Shown here piece by piece: positions 1 to 7,489 of a stretch of 52,385 nucleotides of DNA (its first letter is position 1; each line of letters opens with the position of its first letter). The position numbers and the translations under genes were made by a program. This DNA is from an uncultured bacterium. Its GTDB lineage: Bacteria; Patescibacteriota; Andersenbacteria; UBA10190; CAIZMI01. The notes under the pieces were generated by a model, which saw nothing but the letters and a program-made list of their open reading frames with translations, was not told where the DNA came from and ran no database searches. The stretch is taken from assembly GCA_903934015.1 (NCBI GenBank), contig CAIZMI010000041.1:1-52385 (forward strand). Reading direction: 5' to 3'.

Positions 1-48
1 CATCTGGATGGAAATAGACGTTATGGTATAAGAAGTCTCTGAGTTTCA

Positions 49-471
49 GTGTCATCTTTTCAAAAATTGGCTCGAATGAGACTACTTTGTCAGCGTGCTT
101 TTGTGCATGGGGATTTTACTAAAGCCAATGTGTTGAAGGGGAATGATAGCAAAATCTATATTTTGGATTTTTCCGTTTCAAATTGGTACCCAAGAATGCA
201 GGAACTTGCCGTGATTGCGGCCAATCTTTTACATGACGAAAAACATACTTCGTCCTTGCGTGAAAGATGTGATTTGGTTTATACGAATTATAACTTGTTG
301 AACCCACTCACAAAATTAGAGCATGACAATTTGTTTACTTACTCTGTTGCGGGATTAGCAATGGAACTTCTAGGTTCATACCAGGAGCGATTTATTAATG
401 GCAATGATAATGAAGAAACACGCTTTTGGTATAATCTTGGTCGTGAAGGCTTGCGAGAGGCACTTAATTAA
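49..471 (+). pseudogene. Phosphotransferase-family (APH/CotS-like kinase) C-terminal fragment. Only the catalytic-loop half is present.
   Basis: GTG-initiated 140-aa ORF carrying the Brenner catalytic motif HGDFTKANVL and the ILDF (DFG-like) motif but no N-terminal nucleotide-binding lobe. An in-frame TGA at 40-42 and stops in the other frames rule out an upstream extension. It is followed by the conserved 29-bp boundary motif. Confidence 0.4.
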
Positions 472-477
472 GTTCAA

Positions 478-710
478 AACAATAGTGTAGTCAGGGGTGG
501 GTAACCAAACATTCTTCTTCATGAGCATTATTCTGGTTCGGTCCTTCGACACGGCAGGATGAGTACTTCGACTGCGCTCAGCACAAGTAGTCCACCGACC
601 CTCGCTACGCCCCGAAGCGAACTTTGTTCTGCTTCGGGGGAGCTAACAAAAAATACCGCTAATCATGGAGATATTTTTGTGGAGGAGAGTTGGATTCCGA
701 ACTGAGGCCA
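478..710 (+). repeat. Long (~230 bp) copy A of the repeat element: 29-bp boundary motif plus a structured tail with hairpins
   Basis: Aligns over ~200 bp at high identity with 4852-5094. Contains the hairpin CCCCGAAGCG..CGCTTCGGGG and a degenerate AAAAATACCGC-loop-GCGGTATTTTT terminator-like hairpin. Confidence 0.7.
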
Positions 711-777
711 TTTTTCGCTGTTCGTACTTCAGTGAGTCGGAATGAGGGAAAACTAGTGATAGGTGTACAATTTGACT

Positions 778-1296
778 ATGCCAAAAGTATTAATTGTTAC
801 TGGTCCGGGCGGTGCTGGCAAAACAACAATCGCTCAGATGGTCGCGGAGAGATGTGGTTCTATTTATCTGGATGCCGATAGTGAAGATACAGAGTTTTTT
901 CCTGATGGTGGCCAGTGGTTGCCAGAGAATTCAGAAAAACTAAAAAAAGCGCATGAAAAAATTCTCAATAAGACGAGCGAACTGATTGAAAAAGGACACA
1001 GTGTTGTTGTTGACTATATTATTTTTGGTCGGTACGCCGAGTTTTTTGATATGTTTCGTAGTCGATTTGGAAGTGGCCTGCTAATTAAGGTTCTTTTTCC
1101 AACAGAAGCGGTTACCGTTAAGCGGGATAAGGAACGAGATTGTTGGACAACCGGGGAGGAGAGAATAAAAGCTGTTTCTGGAGAACTTTGGGATGTAAAA
1201 GAAATTGTAGGTAAAGAAAATTTCATAGATACTTCAAATCAGTCCTCTGAGGAAACGTTTAACAAATATTTCTCTAATTGTTTCAAAGCACCCTGA
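778..1296 (+). CDS. P-loop NTPase, small-molecule / nucleotide kinase-like (AAA_33 / CPT-like)
   Basis: Walker A GPGGAGKTT near the N-terminus; size ~173 aa. ATG at 778 is preferred over the GTG at 763. Confidence 0.55.
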   Translation: MPKVLIVTGPGGAGKTTIAQMVAERCGSIYLDADSEDTEFFPDGGQWLPENSEKLKKAHEKILNKTSELIEKGHSVVVDYIIFGRYAEFFDMFRSRFGSGLLIKVLFPTEAVTVKRDKERDCWTTGEERIKAVSGELWDVKEIVGKENFIDTSNQSSEETFNKYFSNCFKAP

Positions 1297-1298
1297 TT

Positions 1299-2225
1299 AT
1301 GTCTAAAAAAGGCAATGCCATCATCGAGTTAGCAGAAAAAAAGATACATGGTTCGATTAAAGACATTACTCAGGTTATTAATAAAGGCCATATGAATGAA
1401 GTTTATCTAGTTAAAACAGATAGACAAAATGTCATATTAAGGGTTAACGAACCATCAAGTTTTGAAAGGTTTAAAAAAGAATGTTGGTGTGCTGAGGAGG
1501 CAGCATTAATGGGTGTTCATACTCCAAAAGCGTTGGAAGTGGGTATTGGTGGTGAACATTCTTTTATTCTATTTGACTACATTGAAGGAAAGAATGGTGC
1601 TGAAATAGTTCAATCTCAAGACTTGTGGTACCAACTGGGTATACAGTTGAAAAAAATACACAATATCAGTGTCAATGGTTTTGGAGAAGAACTAAGCGAT
1701 ATTAGAAGTGGAAATTTTGATGAATGGAAAAAATATATCGACTACAATATTAATTCGTTAAACAAAGGCGATCAACTTCGTAAAAGAGGGGTTCTGAATG
1801 ATGAAAATTCTGCGAAGATACAAAGTTTGCTTAGTTCGTTGCTTGATAAAAAATTCAATTTTGGGTTGTCGCATGGAGATTATTCATTGGCAAACGTAAT
1901 TGTTGATAATCGTTCAGTACCAAATATTATTGATTGGGGATGCGCGCAAGCCCACGTAGTACCAGATTACGACTTCGGAATAATTATCGATGAAAGTGTT
2001 GGAGAAAATACCGAATATTTTAAAGCGTTGTTGAACGGATATGGTATGACAGAATCTGATTATTTAGATATCAAGAATGAAATTATGGTTTTGCAGTTGT
2101 TGGTTGCATTAGATAAGCTTCGGTGGGCGATGGACAAGAATACCAAACGCATTGAATTTTACGTGGCGCAGGTAACCAAGTTTGTTAAAAAAAACAACAG
2201 TGTAGTCAGAGGCGGGGTAAACTGA
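1299..2225 (+). CDS. Aminoglycoside/antibiotic phosphotransferase (APH) family kinase
   Basis: HGDYSLANVIVDN catalytic loop and IIDWG (DFG-equivalent); ~309 aa. The stop is embedded in the 29-bp boundary motif (...NNSVVRGGVN*). Confidence 0.7.
   Translation: MSKKGNAIIELAEKKIHGSIKDITQVINKGHMNEVYLVKTDRQNVILRVNEPSSFERFKKECWCAEEAALMGVHTPKALEVGIGGEHSFILFDYIEGKNGAEIVQSQDLWYQLGIQLKKIHNISVNGFGEELSDIRSGNFDEWKKYIDYNINSLNKGDQLRKRGVLNDENSAKIQSLLSSLLDKKFNFGLSHGDYSLANVIVDNRSVPNIIDWGCAQAHVVPDYDFGIIIDESVGENTEYFKALLNGYGMTESDYLDIKNEIMVLQLLVALDKLRWAMDKNTKRIEFYVAQVTKFVKKNNSVVRGGVN
2193..2222 (+). repeat. 29-bp boundary motif copy 2 (AACAACAGTGTAGTCAGAGGCGGGGTAAA)
   Basis: Direct sequence match to the copies at 478, 4252, 4852 and 5510. 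It overlaps the 3' end of the APH gene. Confidence 0.75.
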
Positions 2226-2306
2226 TTTTCATTTTAATTAGTGCAATTTCATATGCATACACGCGGGGCGTAGACGTCAGAACGTTTCGTTGTTAAAATC
2301 CGCTTA

Positions 2307-3401
2307 ATGGCCACCGAATTTATAAAAGGAATTGAGTTAAGCAGACGGTTTTGTCAAGAAATAGTTAAACCAATCCTTGATTCTGAGTTTCTGGGATTAA
2401 AATATTCTTCGGCCCTTATTGGTTGGGGGTCAGAAGTGTTGGGTTATGATACTGAAATTTCCAGAGATCACCACTGGGGTCCTCGGTTATTGATTTTATT
2501 GAATGAAGAAGATTTTGTGGAATTAAAGGAAAAAATATCTCAAAAGTTATCTGAAAAACTTCCATATGAATTCATGGGCTATTCCACCAACTTTTCAAAT
2601 GCAAAAGAACACGGTGTAAGAAGTGCAGAAAAAATAATCAGTGGCCCAGTAAATCACATGATTGAATTTTTTACTATCAAATCCCTTTGGTTAATGCGTT
2701 TGGGTTTTGACCCATATCAAGAGATTTTAAACCATGATTGGTTATCATTTCCTCAACAGAGATTGCTTGCTTTAACAAGTGGCGAAGTATATTTCGATGG
2801 ATTAGGTGAATTGGAAGAAGTAAGAAATAAATTTCACTATTATCCCAATGAAGTTTGGCTCTATCTTTTGGCATCGCAGTGGACAAAAATCGCACAAGAG
2901 CAAGCATTTGTCGGGCGTACAGGTGATGTTGGGGACGAATTGGGATCCCGCGTAGGGGCTTCTCGGCTGGTGCGAGAAATAATGAAATTGTGTTTCTTGA
3001 TGGAGAAGAAATATTATCCTTATACCAAGTGGTTCGGCACCGCTTTTGAAAATTTGAATATTGCACCAGTTTTGTCACCAATATTATCTCGCGTGTTTTT
3101 AGCGACTTCGTGGAAGGAAAGAGAAAAGTATCTTTCTGAAGCATATAAAGTGATTGCGATAGCACATAACTTATTAAAAATAACTAAGCCATTATCTACG
3201 GAAGTTTCTCTCTATCACGAAAGACCATATTTGGTCATAAGTGCCGATGAATTTGTGAAAGCCATAATTACTGAAATCAAGGAAGAATCACTAAAAAAAC
3301 TTCCCGTGATTGGTTCCATTGATCAATTTGTTGATAGCACTGATGTTTTAGATGAACCATTGTTGTGCAGGAAATTGAAGACAGTGTACGAGAATCCATA
3401 G
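2307..3401 (+). CDS. DUF4037 / nucleotidyltransferase-like domain protein
   Basis: N-terminal GWGSEVLGYDTEISRDHHWGPRL resembles the NTase-fold G[SG]..D.D signature region of DUF4037 proteins. Called from memory. Confidence 0.4.
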   Translation: MATEFIKGIELSRRFCQEIVKPILDSEFLGLKYSSALIGWGSEVLGYDTEISRDHHWGPRLLILLNEEDFVELKEKISQKLSEKLPYEFMGYSTNFSNAKEHGVRSAEKIISGPVNHMIEFFTIKSLWLMRLGFDPYQEILNHDWLSFPQQRLLALTSGEVYFDGLGELEEVRNKFHYYPNEVWLYLLASQWTKIAQEQAFVGRTGDVGDELGSRVGASRLVREIMKLCFLMEKKYYPYTKWFGTAFENLNIAPVLSPILSRVFLATSWKEREKYLSEAYKVIAIAHNLLKITKPLSTEVSLYHERPYLVISADEFVKAIITEIKEESLKKLPVIGSIDQFVDSTDVLDEPLLCRKLKTVYENP

Positions 3402-3413
3402 TATTCAAATTTT

Positions 3414-3818
3414 ATGAACGAAACAACACCATACTCACAACTAATAAAACCATCATGGGCTCCGCCGGGCTGGGTTATTGGGCCGGCATGGACGGTGCTC
3501 TATGCAATTATTGTCGTTTCTTTCGGTACTATTTTTTATAAAGCATTCACCAAGCAAATTCCGTGGGTGGTGGCTCTCCCTTTTGCACTCAATCTTGTTT
3601 TTAACTTTGTCTTTGCGCCAATACAATTCCGCTTGGTAAATAATTTTCTCGCATCGATCGACATCTTGCTCGTCGTCGGCACGCTCATCTGGGCGCTCTG
3701 TGCTGTCTGGCACGCTTCACCTGAGCTCCGCTGGGTGGTCTACGCCAACATTCCATATCTTCTGTGGGGAACATTTGCAACTTGTGTGCAATTAACAATA
3801 ACTTATTTAAATAGGTGA
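3414..3818 (+). CDS. tspO: TspO/MBR (tryptophan-rich sensory protein) family membrane protein, short form
   Basis: PSWAPPGWVIGPAWTVLY matches the TspO N-terminal signature. The protein has multiple TM helices and is 134 aa, shorter than typical TspO. Confidence 0.55.
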   Translation: MNETTPYSQLIKPSWAPPGWVIGPAWTVLYAIIVVSFGTIFYKAFTKQIPWVVALPFALNLVFNFVFAPIQFRLVNNFLASIDILLVVGTLIWALCAVWHASPELRWVVYANIPYLLWGTFATCVQLTITYLNR

Positions 3819-3935
3819 TGATTAATTTTAGATTTTGTTGGTTTATTTGTCATCATTTACGGATTTGGCCGATGAGTACATTGGTGGATGGCTAAAATGG
3901 CCGGAGAGTGAAAATATCGATGCTATCATTCTGAC

Positions 3936-4259
3936 ATGGGCATTGTTGTTTTTTTGAGACAATTCAAAATTGGACCGTTTGCTGTTTTCGATTTTGTATT
4001 AGCATATATTGGAGTATTTTTTATTGCTCTACTTTTAACAAAGTTGTTTTTAAGACTTAATCTTAAAATTTCACGAGAATCGTGGCTCTGGTTGACCTTG
4101 CCAATATCGGTGTTGTTTCATGCAGTTTTTCAGCAAAACACGCCTTTAATGAAGATTCTATTGAACCCAAATGGTTTTTATGTGGAAAAGGCGGTATTAA
4201 TATTTATGCTTTTTATGGGATTGAGAAAGATTCGCTTAGTTAAGGTCGCGAAACAATAG
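3936..4259 (+). CDS. Small integral membrane protein, unknown function
   Basis: 107-aa hydrophobic ORF with an ATG start. Its stop TAG lies inside boundary motif copy 3. Confidence 0.45.
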   Translation: MGIVVFLRQFKIGPFAVFDFVLAYIGVFFIALLLTKLFLRLNLKISRESWLWLTLPISVLFHAVFQQNTPLMKILLNPNGFYVEKAVLIFMLFMGLRKIRLVKVAKQ

Positions 4260-4280
4260 TATCGTCAGGGGTGGGGTAAA
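4252..4280 (+). repeat. 29-bp boundary motif copy 3 (AACAATAGTATCGTCAGGGGTGGGGTAAA)
   Basis: Direct sequence match to the other copies. Confidence 0.75.
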
Positions 4281-4307
4281 GTGATTATTTCTGTATAATG
4301 TGAACAT

Positions 4308-4859
4308 ATGGCAGATGAATTAATCGATATTGTTGATGAGAACAATAACCTCATTGGTGTCCAGAAGATGAAAAGTGAGGCGCATCGGGATGGTTTGTGG
4401 CATAGAACGGCGCATCTTTGGTTATATAACTCAAAAGGTGAAATTCTGCTTCAGTTGCGAGCGAAGAATAAAAAGTTGTATCCAGCATTATGGGATGTTT
4501 CCGCGGCTGGTCATATTGGTGCTGGTGAAGAGCCTATTGTCTCCGCGCTAAGAGAAGCGGATGAAGAAATTGGTATTCAACTCAGAAAGGATCAACTAGA
4601 TTTCTTTAAAACAAGAAAGGTCATGGCAGTTTATCGAGAAATAAAAAACAATGAATTTTGCTATGTATATTTGGCAAAATATGATGGCGGCGCTAAGAAT
4701 CTAAGGTTGCAGAAGGAAGAAGTGGAAGAAATTAAATTTGTTTCACTTGTTGAATTGGAAGCTAATTTGCGCGAAAAATCGGAACATTATGTTCGACATG
4801 GGAAATATTGGGATGATGTTATTGCGGAAATCAAAAGAAGGGTATTGATTAAACAATAG
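4308..4859 (+). CDS. NUDIX hydrolase
   Basis: NUDIX box GHIGAGEEPIVSALREADEEIGI (GX5EX7REUXEEXGU). Confidence 0.8.
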   Translation: MADELIDIVDENNNLIGVQKMKSEAHRDGLWHRTAHLWLYNSKGEILLQLRAKNKKLYPALWDVSAAGHIGAGEEPIVSALREADEEIGIQLRKDQLDFFKTRKVMAVYREIKNNEFCYVYLAKYDGGAKNLRLQKEEVEEIKFVSLVELEANLREKSEHYVRHGKYWDDVIAEIKRRVLIKQ

Positions 4860-5094
4860 TGTAGTCAGGGGTGGGGTAAACATACATGCTTCTTCATAAG
4901 CACAATTCTGGTTCGGTCCTTCGACACAGCTCAGGATAAATACTTCGACGCGGCTCAACATAAATAGTCCACCGACCCTCGCTACGTCCCGAAGCGAGCT
5001 TTGTTCTGCTTCGGGGGGGGGGGGGGGCTAACAAAAAATACCGCTAATCATGGCGGTATTTTTGTGGAGGGGAGTCGGATGCCAAATTGGTAGA
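4852..5094 (+). repeat. Long copy B of the repeat element. Carries a G15 homopolymer (5013-5027) and a clean terminator-like hairpin (5034-5063).
   Basis: Starts with the 29-bp motif, then ~200 bp collinear with 478-710. Hairpin AAAAATACCGC-TAATCATG-GCGGTATTTTT. Confidence 0.7.
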
Positions 5095-5125
5095 CTAGTT
5101 TCCGTTGAGAGCATATTATAAAAAA

Positions 5126-5521
5126 ATGATTACAAAAGAAAAAGTAAAGGAAATAATAGAAATATATAGTGAAGCATGGAAAAACCAGGGTGTCGAACAG
5201 ATATTGACGATCTTTACAAAGGACGCAAAATATCAAGAAGGTTTTTTATCTGAACCAATGGTTGGACACGAGGAGATTAGAAAATATTGGAACAAAAAGG
5301 TTGTCCTTGAGCAGAAAAGTATTCAATTCAAACTAGTTAGAATAATGATTGATGGTAATGATTGTTTGGTGGAATGGCACGCTGAGTTTGATGATCTAGT
5401 TTCGGGAGAGCATGTAAAAATGGTTGAAGTCGCATTTCTTGAATTTTTGGGCGATATGGTTTCATCTTTGCGAGAAAATTGGGATACGATCAGAATACCA
5501 ATCGCTCAAAAAATAGTGTAA
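5126..5521 (+). CDS. NTF2-like / SnoaL-like (ketosteroid-isomerase fold) small protein
   Basis: ~130 aa of typical SnoaL-like size and composition (the ORF-track TTG start is at 5105). The stop TAA lies inside boundary motif copy 5. Confidence 0.4.
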   Translation: MITKEKVKEIIEIYSEAWKNQGVEQILTIFTKDAKYQEGFLSEPMVGHEEIRKYWNKKVVLEQKSIQFKLVRIMIDGNDCLVEWHAEFDDLVSGEHVKMVEVAFLEFLGDMVSSLRENWDTIRIPIAQKIV

Positions 5522-5538
5522 TCAGGGGTGGGGTAAAA
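5510..5538 (+). repeat. 29-bp boundary motif copy 5 (AAAATAGTGTAATCAGGGGTGGGGTAAAA)
   Basis: Direct sequence match to the other copies. Confidence 0.7.
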
Positions 5539-5600
5539 CAGGCACCAATAAACGTAAAATAATTGGTTGCGTAGATATTGAAAGTTGATATAGTAAACTA

Positions 5601-6128
5601 ATGAAAATTTATGTTATTCGTCATGGAGAAACAACCGGAGATGTGGAAGATCGCTTCGGTGGTAGTTATGACGATCATTTAACCGAAAAGGGAAAAAGCC
5701 AATTGCAACAGACAGCCACGAGTTTGATTGGTAAAAATATTGAAATTATTTTATCGAGCCCATTGATTCGCGCACGGGAGTCTGTGGAAATTATCAATGG
5801 ACAAATAGCTGTTCCAGTTGAAATTATCGATGGGTTGCGCGAAAGACATTATGGTGTACTGACCGGATTGACGAAGGTCGTGGCGAAAGAAAGATTTCCG
5901 GAGGTTGTCGAGAGCCACAAAGATCCGTTGTACACGGATCCGGAAGGTGAAAGTTATGAAGATTTCAATGCAAGGGTGATAAGTACTTTTAAGGATATTT
6001 CAGCACGAAAATATAAAACAGTCGCTATTGTTTCACATGGTGGACCGATAAAAACGATTTACCGTTTTATTGGTAAGGAACTAAATCGACAATTGGGAGA
6101 TGGAGAAATTTTAGAATTGGAAATTTGA
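5601..6128 (+). CDS. Histidine phosphatase superfamily (phosphoglycerate-mutase-like) protein
   Basis: N-terminal IRHGET (RHG catalytic motif) and a C-terminal SHGG motif. Confidence 0.7.
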   Translation: MKIYVIRHGETTGDVEDRFGGSYDDHLTEKGKSQLQQTATSLIGKNIEIILSSPLIRARESVEIINGQIAVPVEIIDGLRERHYGVLTGLTKVVAKERFPEVVESHKDPLYTDPEGESYEDFNARVISTFKDISARKYKTVAIVSHGGPIKTIYRFIGKELNRQLGDGEILELEI

Positions 6129-6131
6129 ATA

Positions 6132-6722
6132 ATGATTACTAATTGTATAATTATCCACGGTTGTCCGTCGGATGCAGAGAAAGCAATGGATCCTGAAACC
6201 AGAACTTATGATAAACATTGGATTCCTTGGACGGCGAAACAGTTAACAGAAAGTGGAATCGATGTTGCAACTCCGCTAATGCCAGATCCGTGGAACCCAG
6301 TTTATGAAAAATTCAAAGAAGCATTTGAGAAGTGTGAAATTAACGAAAATACGGTTTTAATCGGTCATAGTTGCGGTTGTGCTTTTTTGGTGCGTTGGTT
6401 GGGAGACAGTAAAAGAAAAGTCGCAAGGCTTATTCTTGTTGCTCCATGGAAAGTGACGGATAAGGATGATGGGTATCGCAAGGAATTTTATGAATATCCA
6501 ATTGATGAAACGATCAAGAATAGAGTTGGCAGAGTTGTGATGTTTACCTCCAACACCGAAGAAGAAGATGGTAAGAAAAGCCTTAAGTTGTTTAACGATG
6601 TTTTAGGCGGAAAAATCGTCGGCTTAGATAATCACGGTCACTACACAATGAATGATATAGGCACAGATGAGTTTCCTGAACTTGTAAAAGAAGTTTTGGA
6701 AGCTGATAGCAAAAATAATTAG
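6132..6722 (+). CDS. Alpha/beta-hydrolase, YdeN/RBBP9-like serine hydrolase
   Basis: ~196 aa with IIHG...GHSCGC (nucleophile-elbow-like) and a late HYTM histidine. Confidence 0.5.
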   Translation: MITNCIIIHGCPSDAEKAMDPETRTYDKHWIPWTAKQLTESGIDVATPLMPDPWNPVYEKFKEAFEKCEINENTVLIGHSCGCAFLVRWLGDSKRKVARLILVAPWKVTDKDDGYRKEFYEYPIDETIKNRVGRVVMFTSNTEEEDGKKSLKLFNDVLGGKIVGLDNHGHYTMNDIGTDEFPELVKEVLEADSKNN

Positions 6723-6732
6723 GAAAAATAAT

Positions 6733-7410
6733 GTGGGTATAGACGACACAAAAGCGGAGATTATTGCTAAACGCGGATACAGAAAAAGTATCAAGGGTGA
6801 TCAGTATTCTCTTTATCTTTCTAATTATCCGGTTGCGGCGGATTATTTGTCTGAGAGGTTAGAAAACAAGGGTAAAATATTGGTGGAATTGTGTTGTGGT
6901 GTGGGTGTCACCATGCGGGCCGTGGCTAGCAAATTTGAAAAGCTTATCGGAATAGAAATAGACTCAGAAGTACTAGATTTTTGCCGCCAAAATCTCAAGG
7001 CTGCTGGTATAGCGAGTAAGATTGATTTTATTCAAGGGGATATTTCAGATCAAAACATTTTGAAAAAGATCAAGGCAGATGTAGCCATTTATGATATTCC
7101 TTATTGGGTGTCAAAAGAGTTGCCAGATGGAACGAATGTTTTAGACAGGAATCCGGAATTAGGGGTAATGATTGAAAAAATAAGAAAAAATATTACTCCC
7201 AATATTGTAATCTTTGCTCCTCCTTACCTTAAATACAATCTTGTGAGAGAGCAATTTGGAAAGTGTGAATTTCAAAAGATTTTCATCAATGGACGATACG
7301 ACAGGAATTACATATTTCTTGGGAACCTGGTTGAACACAAAGGTGTTACAGAAAAAAGATTGAAATATAGTATAGTTGGTGGTGGAATAACCAAAAATTC
7401 TCCTAATTAG
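6733..7410 (+). CDS. Class I SAM-dependent methyltransferase (TGS/RNA-cap-guanine-N2-like)
   Basis: VELCCGVGVTM glycine-rich SAM motif and an IFAPPY motif near the C-terminus; GTG start. Confidence 0.5.
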   Translation: MGIDDTKAEIIAKRGYRKSIKGDQYSLYLSNYPVAADYLSERLENKGKILVELCCGVGVTMRAVASKFEKLIGIEIDSEVLDFCRQNLKAAGIASKIDFIQGDISDQNILKKIKADVAIYDIPYWVSKELPDGTNVLDRNPELGVMIEKIRKNITPNIVIFAPPYLKYNLVREQFGKCEFQKIFINGRYDRNYIFLGNLVEHKGVTEKRLKYSIVGGGITKNSPN

Positions 7411-7489
7411 GGCGGTTATTTTTGTAAAATTTAAGTTAGGGTAAATATGAAAAAGTGGTTAGGTCCTAATTTTTATTCTTTGTTGTATA

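Noticed and set aside
763-777. Upstream GTG/TTG start extensions for 763, 5105, 11773, 22387, 36349, 39845, 41517 and 50083
   Set aside because: The internal ATG starts give N-termini matching family conventions (Walker A spacing, signal peptides, sigma-factor N-terminus, YdjM MTSVTH start) and avoid overlaps with upstream genes or repeats.
5064-5100. tRNA-like D-arm similarity (GCCAAATTGGTAGAC, resembling tRNA-Leu GGCGGAATTGGTAGAC) at the end of long repeat copy B
   Set aside because: No complementary D-stem, anticodon arm or T-arm could be folded downstream, and the segment is not conserved in copy A. Probably a coincidental match.
478-5538. CRISPR interpretation of the recurring 29-bp motif
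   Set aside because: The copies are 0.6-2 kb apart with whole genes between them, not uniform 30-40-bp spacers, and there are no cas genes.
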